64,000 bases of DNA from Chloroflexota bacterium. Its GTDB lineage: Bacteria; Chloroflexota; Limnocylindria; Limnocylindrales; Limnocylindraceae. The stretch is taken from contig JAYQPX010000002.1 of the NCBI GenBank assembly GCA_038145565.1, positions 4,729 to 68,728 of the forward strand, written 5' to 3'. The position numbers and the translations under genes were made by a program. Below are positions 24,862 through 34,897 of this stretch, piece by piece. Below the pieces are notes generated by a model. The model was not told the DNA's origin. It did not search any database and saw only the letters and a list, made by a program, of their open reading frames with translations. Every line of letters begins with the position of its first letter. Within the stretch, counting starts at the first letter, position 1.

Positions 24862-26795
24862 GCATTCTCTCGCTGAGCGACGTCGGACGCGAGATTGGCG
24901 CGGTCACCATTCTTGAGAACGTCAGTGTAAGTGTGGCTGCTGGCGAGCGAATTGGACTCGTGGGACCGAATGGAGCGGGGAAGACAACGCTGCTGCGCAT
25001 GATGATTGGCCGAGACGAACCGGATCGAGGTCGCGTGGATCGCGCGCGCGGCGTCAACATTGAAGTGTTGGCGCAAGAGTCGTCGCATGACCCAAGGCTT
25101 CTTGGCGCGGCGACGCTCACCGATGCGGTCCGAAGTGGTGCGGAAGAGATCACAAGGATCGCCAACGCCTTGCAGGAGGCAGAGGCGGCTGGGAGCGTCG
25201 CGACCCCTGAGTATGCCGCCGCACGTCAACGATTCGATGCGCTCGAGGGGTACACCATTGACGACCGAGTGGCATCAGCACTTCGAGGTCTCGGATTCCC
25301 TGCCTCGCGACATGGAGAGTCCCCCTCGCGACTCTCTGGAGGAGAGCAGACCCGAGTTGCCCTGGCGCGACTCGTCATCGCCGATCCAGACCTTCTCCTC
25401 CTCGACGAGCCAACGAATCACTTGGACGTGGAGGCGATTGAGTGGCTCGAAGCGGCGCTACGTGCTCGCGGCGGGGCACTCGTTGTGGCGAGTCACGATC
25501 GTTCATTCCTTGATGCCGTTGTGGATCGGGTCTGGGAGGTTCGCAACCACACCGTCACGCGATTCCGAGGGAACTACTCGGCATACGCGCAACAGCGCGA
25601 ATCTGGGGAGCTGGACGCAGAGCGTGACGCGGAGCGACGGACGAAGGAGATCGCACGAGAGCGCGAGTTGATCCAGACGTATCGAAGCCATCGGAAGTAC
25701 AGCAAGATGCACGAGCATGAGCGGCGGTTGGCTGCGATTGAGCCAGTGGTTGCACCGAAGCGCCGGGCATCGCTCGCCATCTCCGCCGTAGGAGCGGGTC
25801 GGGGCCCAGCAGAGCCCGTGCGCCTCGTGGAGGCAGAGGTTGGGTATCGCGAGCCGGCGCGACGCGTTGTTGCCCGCGCCGAGAGCGTTGCACTCCGGCG
25901 TGGCGAGCGGGTTGGCATTGTCGGTCCGAATGGTGCGGGGAAGACAACCCTTCTGAAGAGCATCGCTGGGATCCTTGCCCCACTCAGCGGCGAGATTCAG
26001 GTTGCGCATGGTGTTGTTCCTGCCTATCTCGCGCAAGTACGCGCCGCTGGACTTCATGGCGCTACCGTTATCGAAGCGCTTCGCACCGCGGTTCCCGTTG
26101 AAGCATCGGTTGCACGCGCGCACCTCGCTCGTTTCCTCTTCCGCGGCGATGAGGTGGACAAGGAGGTGGCCGTGCTTTCGGGTGGCGAGCGGAGTCGACT
26201 CGAACTGGCAATCCTCGGACTTCTTCCATCGAACCTCCTCCTTCTGGACGAGCCGACCAACCACTTGGATGTGGACGCCTGTGAGTCGCTGGAACGATTC
26301 CTCCTTGACGGGGAGCGAACGGTCCTCTTGGTCAGCCACGACCGTCGCCTGCTCGAACGCATCTGCACGCAGCTCTGGGTGGTAAGCGAGGGTCTGATCG
26401 TGCGATTCGATGGCGGATGGCGTGCGTGGCGGAGCGCAGTTGCTGCAGGGTGGACGGTTGCCAACGTAGGCGTGCTTGAGGCCGCGAAGCGCGCTCCTGC
26501 CCGTCGTGCAACTGCCAGCGCTCCATCGCGTCCTGCGACACCCGCACCAGCAACGGCGAAGAAGGGACCAGCGCTCAGCAAGGAGCAGGCGCGCCGCCGC
26601 CGCGCCGCGGTTGATGCAGATCTTGAGCGTCTCGGGTTGCGGAAGTCCCAGTTAGAGCTTTCGCTCCTTGATCCAAAAGTGATCGCTTCATACACTGAGC
26701 TCGCGCGTGTGACGAGCGAACTGGCTGATGTCTCAGCAGCACTCACCGCGGCCGAAGAGGCGTGGCTTGCGTTGGAGGGTGAGGTGTTGGCATGA
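24858..26795 (+). CDS. ABC-F family ATPase (Uup-like, two NBDs plus C-terminal coiled coil)
   Basis: 645 aa, two Walker A motifs (GPNGAGKTTL twice), two LSGGE signatures, no TM domain, Ala/Arg-rich coiled-coil tail. Confidence 0.9.
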   Translation: MSILSLSDVGREIGAVTILENVSVSVAAGERIGLVGPNGAGKTTLLRMMIGRDEPDRGRVDRARGVNIEVLAQESSHDPRLLGAATLTDAVRSGAEEITRIANALQEAEAAGSVATPEYAAARQRFDALEGYTIDDRVASALRGLGFPASRHGESPSRLSGGEQTRVALARLVIADPDLLLLDEPTNHLDVEAIEWLEAALRARGGALVVASHDRSFLDAVVDRVWEVRNHTVTRFRGNYSAYAQQRESGELDAERDAERRTKEIARERELIQTYRSHRKYSKMHEHERRLAAIEPVVAPKRRASLAISAVGAGRGPAEPVRLVEAEVGYREPARRVVARAESVALRRGERVGIVGPNGAGKTTLLKSIAGILAPLSGEIQVAHGVVPAYLAQVRAAGLHGATVIEALRTAVPVEASVARAHLARFLFRGDEVDKEVAVLSGGERSRLELAILGLLPSNLLLLDEPTNHLDVDACESLERFLLDGERTVLLVSHDRRLLERICTQLWVVSEGLIVRFDGGWRAWRSAVAAGWTVANVGVLEAAKRAPARRATASAPSRPATPAPATAKKGPALSKEQARRRRAAVDADLERLGLRKSQLELSLLDPKVIASYTELARVTSELADVSAALTAAEEAWLALEGEVLA

Positions 26796-27439
26796 AGGTG
26801 ATCGGCGTCTCTGGTCCGATCGGTGCTGGGAAGAGTTCTATCGTCAGAGTACTGACAGAGGACCGTGCGCTCGCTCGGGATCTCGGCGGTTCCGTGCACT
26901 CCATTGATGCGGACGCGGTGTTGAGAGAAGCCCGACGCACATCGCTCCCCCTGCAACGCGCGATCGGTGCGATCGTCCCGGAGGCACGACGTGAAGACGG
27001 GAGTCTGGACAGCGTTCGACTCTCGCTTGCCGCGTTCGAGCGACCAGAGACTCTTGCGGCGCTTGAGCAAGTGCAGTGGCCCATCGCCCGGGAGGCGATC
27101 AGCGCGGCACGTGCAGCGGGGGAGTCGAGTGGCGCGGCACTACTCCTGGTTGAAGCGATTGCGCTCCTCGACTCTGGCCTTGCTGAAACACTGGATGGCC
27201 TCCTCCTCATTGACGCGCCGCGTGAGATCCGTCAAGCGAGACTGCTGGACCGCGGAGTGAACGCGGAAGATTTCGCGCGGCGTGAGAGGGCTCAAGCGGG
27301 TCTCGGCAGACGGCTGCGCGCAGCAGGGGCACTCCCGATCGACGCTCAGCACGGCGTCGCAGAGGGTGCCGCTGCGGCAGCGGATGCACTTCGCCTTCTA
27401 TGCTCAACAGGTGAAAGGAAACCCAATCCAACCGACTGA
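26792..27439 (+). CDS. coaE: dephospho-CoA kinase
   Basis: 215 aa, [17 protein letters not shown]-loop at the N-terminus; ATGA overlap with the ABC-F gene. Confidence 0.85.
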   Translation: MKVIGVSGPIGAGKSSIVRVLTEDRALARDLGGSVHSIDADAVLREARRTSLPLQRAIGAIVPEARREDGSLDSVRLSLAAFERPETLAALEQVQWPIAREAISAARAAGESSGAALLLVEAIALLDSGLAETLDGLLLIDAPREIRQARLLDRGVNAEDFARRERAQAGLGRRLRAAGALPIDAQHGVAEGAAAAADALRLLCSTGERKPNPTD

Positions 27440-29756
27440 TCACACCCCCGCACTCGGTGCGGCGTTCGCGCTGCGCTCAGACTTTCAGCCAACCGGAGAC
27501 CAACCGAAAGCGATCGAGGGCCTTGTTGAGGGCCTCCGCGCTGGACTCCATCATCAGGTGCTCCTCGGGGCAACTGGGACTGGGAAAACGTTCACGATCG
27601 CGAACGTGATCCAGCAGGTGCAGCGGCCAACGCTGATTCTTGCGCACAACAAGACACTTGCGGCACAGCTCTATTCCGAGATCAAGGAGTTCTTCCCGGA
27701 GAACGCCGTGGAGTATTTCGTCTCCTACTTTGACTACTACCAGCCAGAGGCATATCTGCCACGCTCCGATACGTACATTGAGAAGGATTCAAGTCGCAAT
27801 GATGAGATCGACCAGTTGCGTCATGCGGCCACGAAGGCGCTCTTCGAGCGGCGCGACACGATCATTGTGGCCTCCGTAAGTTGCATCTACGGCCTCGGCG
27901 CACCGGTTGACTACGGGGCTACAATCTTGCGTGTGCGCAAAGCGGGGAAGTACCGCCGCGATGCCATCCTGCGTCACCTGGTTGACTTGCAGTATCAACG
28001 GAATGACGCCACCCTCGGCCGCGCGAAGTTCCGCGTTCGTGGAGACACCATCGAGGTGCAGCCTGCGGGTGAAGAGACGATTCTTCGCGTGGAGTTTTTC
28101 GGTGATGAAGTAGAGCGTATTGCAGAGGTGGACCCGCTCACGGGTGAGATCCTCGCCGAGCGGAACGAGATGGTCATCTACCCGGCAACGCACTATGTGA
28201 CCCCAACGGAGAAACTCGCTGAAGCGATTCGTGACATTGAGAAGGAGATGGAGTCGCGCTGCGGGGAGCTGGAGGCCACCGGGAAGATTCTTGAGGCGGC
28301 ACGTCTCCGACAGCGAACCACCTTTGACCTTGAAATGATGCGCGAGGTGGGGTACTGCTCTGGGATTGAGAACTACTCTCGCCACCTCTCGCGCCGTGAG
28401 CCTGGGTCGCGTCCATGGACCCTGCTGGACTACTTCCCAGCTGATTGGCTTCTGGTAGTCGATGAGAGCCACATGAGCATCCCGCAGGTGGTTGGCATGT
28501 ATAAGAACGATCGTTCGCGGAAGGAGATCCTCGTGGACTTCGGCTTCCGCCTCCCGAGCGCGCTCGACAATCGCCCGCTCACGTTCGAGGAGTTTGAGGG
28601 GAGCGTGCGCCAAGCGATCTACGTCTCTGCCACTCCTGGAAGCTACGAGATGTCCAAGCAGGAGCGCGTGGTGGAACAGCTCATCCGCCCGACAGGTGTG
28701 GTTGATCCGAAGATCACCGTTGTGCCAACTGTTGGACAGATTGACGATTTGATGAGGCGGGTCCAGGAGCGGATCGCACGTCGCGAACGCGTGATCATCA
28801 CCACGCTCACCAAGCGAATGGCGGAAGAGCTCGCAGCGTACCTGGAGGAGGCCGGCATCCGCGTTCGCTACCTGCATAGCGAAGTTGACACGCTGGAACG
28901 CGTAGAGATTCTGCGAGATCTACGACTCGGCGTCTTCGATGTGATCGTCGGGATCAATCTGCTTCGCGAAGGGATTGACCTTCCGGAGGTGACCTTGGTG
29001 GCGATTCTGGACGCGGATAAGGAGGGATTCCTCCGCAGCGCCTGGGCGCTCATCCAGACTGTTGGGCGAGCGGCGCGAAACATTGGTGGCGAGGTGGTCT
29101 TTTACGCGGACAGGATGACAGAGTCGATGCGCATAGCGATCTCAGAAACGGACCGGCGCCGAGGCATCCAGGAGCGTTGGAATGCCGCTCACGGCATCAC
29201 CGCGACCACAATCAGTAAGCCGATTCGGGACTTGAACGACCGTCTGCGCAGTGTTGCCGAGAAGGCTGATTCGTACGCCGGCGGGAAGGGTGGAGCGCTC
29301 AGTGAGATTGGACGAAGTGAAATCGAGAAGATGGTCAAGCAGCTTGAGGCGCAGATGCGACTTGCTGCAAAAGAGCTTGAGTTTGAGCGTGCAGCATCAA
29401 TTCGCGACGAACTACGTAGCCTCCGTCAAGGAGTTCTCGAAGAGAACGCTGCAGTAAGGATCGCGCGACTTGCGGAACGTGCTGCGGATGACGCAGCTGA
29501 GCCTCGAGGGAGGGATTTGATGCCACGGCGTGTCACGAGTGGGACAGCGCGCACCGTGGTTGCGCCAGCCCTTGACACCGCCGGAGATTGGCTCCCTGGT
29601 CTCCGAGATGAGCATGAGGCGTCTGATGAGTTAAAAGTAGCTCGAGAGCAGCCGAGCGGCGCCGATTCGGTACTCTCACGGCGACGAACCTGGGATCCTA
29701 GCGTGACGCCGAATGTGATCAAGCGCCGCGGCGAACGTCCGCGCAGAAGGGGCTGA
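27384..29756 (+). CDS. uvrB: excinuclease ABC subunit B with a 108-aa C-terminal extension
   Basis: [27 protein letters not shown] domain [13 protein letters not shown]. The start is uncertain (ATG 27384 or GTG 27411); both overlap the coaE 3' end. Confidence 0.93.
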   Translation: MHFAFYAQQVKGNPIQPTDHTPALGAAFALRSDFQPTGDQPKAIEGLVEGLRAGLHHQVLLGATGTGKTFTIANVIQQVQRPTLILAHNKTLAAQLYSEIKEFFPENAVEYFVSYFDYYQPEAYLPRSDTYIEKDSSRNDEIDQLRHAATKALFERRDTIIVASVSCIYGLGAPVDYGATILRVRKAGKYRRDAILRHLVDLQYQRNDATLGRAKFRVRGDTIEVQPAGEETILRVEFFGDEVERIAEVDPLTGEILAERNEMVIYPATHYVTPTEKLAEAIRDIEKEMESRCGELEATGKILEAARLRQRTTFDLEMMREVGYCSGIENYSRHLSRREPGSRPWTLLDYFPADWLLVVDESHMSIPQVVGMYKNDRSRKEILVDFGFRLPSALDNRPLTFEEFEGSVRQAIYVSATPGSYEMSKQERVVEQLIRPTGVVDPKITVVPTVGQIDDLMRRVQERIARRERVIITTLTKRMAEELAAYLEEAGIRVRYLHSEVDTLERVEILRDLRLGVFDVIVGINLLREGIDLPEVTLVAILDADKEGFLRSAWALIQTVGRAARNIGGEVVFYADRMTESMRIAISETDRRRGIQERWNAAHGITATTISKPIRDLNDRLRSVAEKADSYAGGKGGALSEIGRSEIEKMVKQLEAQMRLAAKELEFERAASIRDELRSLRQGVLEENAAVRIARLAERAADDAAEPRGRDLMPRRVTSGTARTVVAPALDTAGDWLPGLRDEHEASDELKVAREQPSGADSVLSRRRTWDPSVTPNVIKRRGERPRRRG

Positions 29757-29757
29757 A

Positions 29758-32658
29758 GTGGCACAAGAGAAGATCGTGATCCGTGGCGCGCGTGAGCACA
29801 ACTTGAAGGGGATCGACCTTGAGATTCCCCGCGACCGGCTTGTGGTGGTGACGGGAATCTCTGGATCCGGCAAGTCGAGCCTCGCCTTCGACACGATCTA
29901 CGCCGAAGGGCAGCGCCGCTATGTGGAGAGCCTCTCGGCGTATGCGCGGCAATTCCTTGGCCAGATGGAGAAGCCAGATGTAGATCTCATTGATGGCCTC
30001 TCGCCTGCCATCTCCATTGACCAGAAGGGCTCCTCGCGCAACCCGCGTTCAACGGTAGGGACGATCACCGAGATTTGGGATCACCTCCGACTTCTCTATG
30101 CGCGTGCTGGCACGCCGCACTGTCCGAAGTGTGATCGCCCCATCAGCCGAGTCTCCCTTGATCACATTGTTGATGAGATCCTGCAACTCCCTGACGGGAC
30201 ACGTCTTCTCGTGCTCGGTCCCGTGCTTCGCGATCGGAAGGGTGAGGGGGAGACCTTCTTCCATGCCGCGCGTAAGGCGGGCTTCAGCCGCGTCCGTGTC
30301 AACGGGACGCTGTACGACCTGGACGACGCGCCAAAACTCGACAAGAAGAAGCGACACAGCATTGAGGTGGTGGTCGATCGCTTCATTGTGCGACGGCCCC
30401 TCGATGAGCAGGGGAAGCCACTTCCGCCGGAAGATCGAAGCCGACTCTCCGATTCTGTCGAGACGGCGCTCAAACTCGGCGAAGGCCTCGTGATCATCTC
30501 CTCTGCCGCTGCGGAGGGCTCTAAGCCAACGTTCGAAGAGCGACTCTTCAGCGAAAAGCTCGGCTGCCCATATGACGGAACGGTGATGGATGACCTCGAG
30601 CCGCGCTCGTTCAGCTTCAATTCTCCACACGGCGCATGCCCCGAGTGCACAGGACTCGGCTTCCGCCTTGAAGTGGATCCGGAGCGCGTGATTGATCCGG
30701 AGAAGTCGGTCCTTGAAGGGGGGCTTGTGCCGTGGTCGCGCTCTCCAGAGGGGAGCTGGTACTTGAAGGTGGTCATCGCGGCGATGAAGGCGAAGAAGTG
30801 GAACCCGAAGACGCCGATCGGCGAGCTCCCCGCCGCCGCGCTGGAGTATCTCCTCAACGCGGAGCGTGAGGACCGCTTCACGGTCACCTATGAGAACGCA
30901 AGCTATCGGAACACGTACAAGGCGGCATTCGAGGGGATCATCGCCAACCTTGAGCGCCGCCACCGCGAAACGGACTCCGAGCTCGTGCGCGTAGAGATTG
31001 AGCGCTACATGGTCAGCCGCCCCTGCCCCGAGTGCAAGGGCCGCCGCCTCAAGCCTGACATGCTCGCGGTGCGCGTTGCCGAGAAGAACATCGCAGAGGT
31101 TGCGGCGATGCCGATCGGCGAGCTCACTACATGGATCAACTCCCTGACGCCACTTCTCGGCGAGCGCGAGCGAACGATCGCGAAGGCGATCGTCAAAGAG
31201 ATCGCCGAACGGGCAGGCTTCCTCGTTGATGTTGGACTGGACTACCTCACCGTGGATCGCACCGCCACCACGCTTTCGGGCGGCGAAGCGCAGCGCATCC
31301 GACTCGCCACGCAGATCGGCTCACGCCTTGTCGGTGTCCTCTACATCCTTGACGAGCCATCGATTGGATTGCATCAACGCGACAACGCGCGTCTCATTGC
31401 CACGCTCCTGCGCCTCCGTGACCTTGGAAACACGGTACTGGTGGTTGAGCATGATGAAGAGACGATCCGCACCGCTGACTGGATCGTGGACATTGGCCCA
31501 GGCGCGGGCGAGCTCGGCGGAAAGGTGGTGGTGAACGGCACCCTGAAGGCGCTTACCGACGCAAAGGATTCGATCACTGGTGCATTCATCCGTGGAGATC
31601 GTGCGGTGAAGATCTCCAAGACGCGCAGGAAGGGGAGTGGGAAGAGCATCGTGGTGAAGGGGGCGCGTGAGCACAATCTAAAGGCGCTCGATGTGGAGTT
31701 CCCTCTCGGTCGCTTTATCGCCGTCACCGGAGTCTCTGGGAGCGGTAAGAGCACGCTCGTGACGGACATCTTGCAGAAGGCGATCGCGCGCAGGCTCCAC
31801 GGCGCGAAGGAGCGGCCTGGTGCACACGAAAGTGTGACTGGACTCGACCAGATCGATAAGGCGATCGAGATTGATCAGAGTCCGATTGGCCGTACGCCAC
31901 GCTCAAATCCTGCAACGTATGTGGGCCTCTTCACGCCGATCCGCGAACTCTTTGCCGCCACGCAAGAGGCGCGACTCCGCGGCTACTCTGCGGGACGCTT
32001 CTCGTTTAACGTCAAGGGCGGGCGCTGTGAGACCTGTGCAGGAGACGGGATCTTGCAGATTGAGATGCAGTTCCTGCCGGATGTGTACGTCCCATGTGAG
32101 ACGTGTCGCGGGAAGCGATACAACCGCGAGGCGCTCGATGTGACCTGGAAGGGGATGACGATCGCCGATGTGCTCGAGCTGCAAGTTGCCGATGCACTCG
32201 AGCGATTCGATGCGATCCCTGCGATCCGAAATCGCCTGAAGACGCTCAGCGAGGTGGGCCTCGGCTATCTACGACTAGGTCAGCCCGCAACGACGCTCTC
32301 GGGCGGGGAGGCGCAGCGCATCAAGCTCGCGACCGAACTTGCACGTCGCTCTACAGGCCGCACCGCATACATCCTGGACGAGCCGACCACCGGTCTGCAC
32401 TTCGCCGATGTTGAACGACTCCTTGAGGTGCTGCACCGACTTGTTGATGGCGGAAACAGCGTCATCGTGATCGAGCACAACCTTGACGTGATCAAGACCG
32501 CCGATTGGGTGATCGATCTTGGGCCCGATGGTGGCGATCGTGGTGGCGAACTGATCGCCGAGGGTACGCCTGAGCAGGTCGCGAAGGTGAAGGGGAGCCA
32601 CACGGGGCGATACCTTGCGCTTGCGCTCCGCGGTGAGCCGATTAGGTCGCTGGAGTAG
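29758..32658 (+). CDS. uvrA: excinuclease ABC subunit A
   Basis: 966 aa, [35 protein letters not shown], two ABC modules, zinc-finger cysteines; GTG start 1 nt after the uvrB stop. Confidence 0.97.
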   Translation: MAQEKIVIRGAREHNLKGIDLEIPRDRLVVVTGISGSGKSSLAFDTIYAEGQRRYVESLSAYARQFLGQMEKPDVDLIDGLSPAISIDQKGSSRNPRSTVGTITEIWDHLRLLYARAGTPHCPKCDRPISRVSLDHIVDEILQLPDGTRLLVLGPVLRDRKGEGETFFHAARKAGFSRVRVNGTLYDLDDAPKLDKKKRHSIEVVVDRFIVRRPLDEQGKPLPPEDRSRLSDSVETALKLGEGLVIISSAAAEGSKPTFEERLFSEKLGCPYDGTVMDDLEPRSFSFNSPHGACPECTGLGFRLEVDPERVIDPEKSVLEGGLVPWSRSPEGSWYLKVVIAAMKAKKWNPKTPIGELPAAALEYLLNAEREDRFTVTYENASYRNTYKAAFEGIIANLERRHRETDSELVRVEIERYMVSRPCPECKGRRLKPDMLAVRVAEKNIAEVAAMPIGELTTWINSLTPLLGERERTIAKAIVKEIAERAGFLVDVGLDYLTVDRTATTLSGGEAQRIRLATQIGSRLVGVLYILDEPSIGLHQRDNARLIATLLRLRDLGNTVLVVEHDEETIRTADWIVDIGPGAGELGGKVVVNGTLKALTDAKDSITGAFIRGDRAVKISKTRRKGSGKSIVVKGAREHNLKALDVEFPLGRFIAVTGVSGSGKSTLVTDILQKAIARRLHGAKERPGAHESVTGLDQIDKAIEIDQSPIGRTPRSNPATYVGLFTPIRELFAATQEARLRGYSAGRFSFNVKGGRCETCAGDGILQIEMQFLPDVYVPCETCRGKRYNREALDVTWKGMTIADVLELQVADALERFDAIPAIRNRLKTLSEVGLGYLRLGQPATTLSGGEAQRIKLATELARRSTGRTAYILDEPTTGLHFADVERLLEVLHRLVDGGNSVIVIEHNLDVIKTADWVIDLGPDGGDRGGELIAEGTPEQVAKVKGSHTGRYLALALRGEPIRSLE

Positions 32659-32660
32659 GG

Positions 32661-33008
32661 ATGGCGGAGGTAGAACTTCCTCGGCACGCGGATGTACAGC
32701 TCGACCAGGCGGGGCTCCACGCCGCAGTTCTCGTCGATCAGGTGATGAGCGCGCTCGCAACCGAACCGCTCCGTCTCCGTTTCGCGCCGTTGGCTGGTCA
32801 TGCGGCAGCCCTACGGGATGCGAGCGGTGAGGCGCTCCGAAAGAGCGCGGTTGCGACACGAGCCGCACTCGGCCCCGGAGATGGTCTCGCAGATTATGTT
32901 GATCCGCCTCTTGCGAACGCACTCCGTGAGGCTCTCGATGAAATTCTGCGGATCTTGAACCGGCGCGACGCCCATCGAGCGCGGCCTCTCCGTCGCGCAG
33001 ATGCGTAG
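32661..33008 (+). CDS. hypothetical 115-aa Ala/Leu/Arg/Asp-rich protein filling the uvrA-uvrC gap (coding status and strand uncertain)
   Basis: The ATG lies 3 nt after the uvrA stop and is preceded by GGAG. The stop lies 6 nt before the uvrC ATG. Codon choice looks like neighbouring genes. The codon-aligned antisense frame is also open and protein-like (see findings). Confidence 0.4.
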   Translation: MAEVELPRHADVQLDQAGLHAAVLVDQVMSALATEPLRLRFAPLAGHAAALRDASGEALRKSAVATRAALGPGDGLADYVDPPLANALREALDEILRILNRRDAHRARPLRRADA

Positions 33009-33014
33009 GGCCCG

Positions 33015-34871
33015 ATGATCCCCGAAGCAATCTCCGCCGCACTGCGGGTTCTCCCAGACGCTCCTGGGGTGTACCTCTTCTCGGATGCAGACGGGAAGAT
33101 CATTTACGTGGGGAAGGCTTCGCACCTTACCCAGCGCGTCCGTAGCTACTGGCACACCAACACCACACCAGGGGCGCATCGCATCAGAGATGCGATCGAT
33201 CAGGTAGCTTCTCTTGAGTGGACGGTCACTGATTCCGTGAAGGAGGCGCTCCTTCTTGAGGCGACGCTCATTCGTAAGCACCTCCCGCGTTACAACGTGC
33301 GACTGCGCGACGATCGTGGTTATCCGTACATCCGCGTCACTCCTGGGCCGTATCCGCGAGTGGAGCGAACCCGACGAATCGTTCGAGATGGATCCCGGTA
33401 CTTTGGGCCGTACACTGGCTTTAGTGCAGTCAGTACCGCGATGGAGGCGGCACGTCGCCTCTTTCAATTTCGAACGTGTGAGATCTCCATCGCCGAAGAA
33501 CAGCGCGCGCTCGAACGACCTTGCCTCCTCTTCCATCTGAAGCGATGTCAAGGCCCATGTCTCGGAAACGTGACTGTGGCCGAATACGGCGCAGAGATCA
33601 AAGGGCTGGAACTTTTCTTGGGCGGTCGATCGCGTGGGGCGGTCACGGTGCTACAGCGTCAGATGGAGCGCGCGAGTGAGCGCGAGGCATTTGAAGATGC
33701 GGCTCGACTGCGTGATGCGATCAGCGCGCTCGAAGAGAGCTTTGAGGCCCAGCGCGTTGCACCGGCGGGGCGACCTGACGAAGATATCCTTGGCATTGCG
33801 CGACTTGGTGAGCGTGCGGCGATCACATGCTTCCAGGTCCGTGATGCAGCACTTGTTGGGCGTGATGTCCACCGCCTCGATGGGAAGGGGGCGAGTGACG
33901 AGGAACTGCTCACTGCCTTCGTGAGTCAGTACTACGCGCGGGCAGGCGAGATTCCGCCGTCCATTGCCACTGCGGTTGAGATCCGCGACGTTGAGACCGC
34001 CGCTTTCCTTGCTGCACGTCGCGAGGACCGCGTGGAGCTGCGCGTGCCGTTGCGCGGCGATCGGGTTCGCCTCGTGCGCCTCGCGGAGCGAAATGCGCAT
34101 GAAGCGCTGATCCGCAGTGAGGCGGAGGATGATGCAGATCGCGAACGTGCCGAGGCAGCACTTGCAGCGCTGACAACGGCACTCAACCTTCCGAATCCTC
34201 CAGCGCGCATTGAGTGCACCGATGTCTCGACAATTCAAGGATCCTTCACCGTTGCTTCGCTCACCGTCGCTGAGGGCGGTCGTCTCGCGCCAAAGGAGTA
34301 TCGCCGTTTCAAGATCAAAGGGGTCCAAGGACAGGACGACTTTGCTGCGCACAGCGAAGCGTTGACCCGTCGCTTTGCACGAAGTGCCTCCGGAGGTTCT
34401 GAGAAGGCGGGTGAGGCGGAGGCGCGAGCCTGGGCACTCCCAGACCTCTTGGTGATCGACGGGGGTCGCGGTCAGGTAGCGGCAGCGGCAGCGGTCATGG
34501 CGTCTGCAGGTCTTTCCATCCCCCTGATCGGGCTCGCGAAAGAGCGGGAGGAGATCTGGTTCCCAGAGTCAGCAACTCCACTCCTCCTACCTGCTACCGA
34601 CCCAGGGCTGCGCCTCTTGCAGCGATTGCGCGATGAGGCCCACCGCTTCGCGATTGGCTATCACCGCACACTTCGAAGCAGGGCTGCCACCTCCAGTCGG
34701 CTGGACAGCATCCCCGGACTCGGTCCGACGCGGCGTAAGGCGTTGTTGCGGCGCTTCGGCTCGGTCGCGGGAGTTGCCGCCGCGAGCGAAGCAGAGATCG
34801 CGGATGTCCCTGGTGTGGGTGAGCGTCTCGCGTCGACGGTCTTTGCCGCACTTGCCGCAGACCGACGCTGA
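33015..34871 (+). CDS. uvrC: excinuclease ABC subunit C
   Basis: 618 aa, GIY-YIG (PGVYLFSDADGKIIYVGKA), UVR domain, Endo V-like and C-terminal HhH. Confidence 0.96.
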   Translation: MIPEAISAALRVLPDAPGVYLFSDADGKIIYVGKASHLTQRVRSYWHTNTTPGAHRIRDAIDQVASLEWTVTDSVKEALLLEATLIRKHLPRYNVRLRDDRGYPYIRVTPGPYPRVERTRRIVRDGSRYFGPYTGFSAVSTAMEAARRLFQFRTCEISIAEEQRALERPCLLFHLKRCQGPCLGNVTVAEYGAEIKGLELFLGGRSRGAVTVLQRQMERASEREAFEDAARLRDAISALEESFEAQRVAPAGRPDEDILGIARLGERAAITCFQVRDAALVGRDVHRLDGKGASDEELLTAFVSQYYARAGEIPPSIATAVEIRDVETAAFLAARREDRVELRVPLRGDRVRLVRLAERNAHEALIRSEAEDDADRERAEAALAALTTALNLPNPPARIECTDVSTIQGSFTVASLTVAEGGRLAPKEYRRFKIKGVQGQDDFAAHSEALTRRFARSASGGSEKAGEAEARAWALPDLLVIDGGRGQVAAAAAVMASAGLSIPLIGLAKEREEIWFPESATPLLLPATDPGLRLLQRLRDEAHRFAIGYHRTLRSRAATSSRLDSIPGLGPTRRKALLRRFGSVAGVAAASEAEIADVPGVGERLASTVFAALAADRR

Positions 34872-34881
34872 TCAGCACCCC

Positions 34882-34890
34882 TGCTAGGAT
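34882..34890 (+). promoter_or_regulatory. candidate extended -10 (TGcTAGGAT) 7 nt upstream of the secD ATG
   Basis: TGCTAGGAT-tcgtcaa-ATG(34898); no SD. Confidence 0.45.
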
Positions 34891-34897
34891 TCGTCAA

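Noticed and set aside
27789-28877. 362-aa minus-strand ORF. Similar long antisense ORFs occur at 37425-38354, 47759-48691, 54306-55598, 16515-17243 and 62278-62976.
   Set aside because: All lie inside strongly supported + strand genes (uvrB, recJ, SBP, ileS, dnaE, fmt). None has recognisable domains or start signals.
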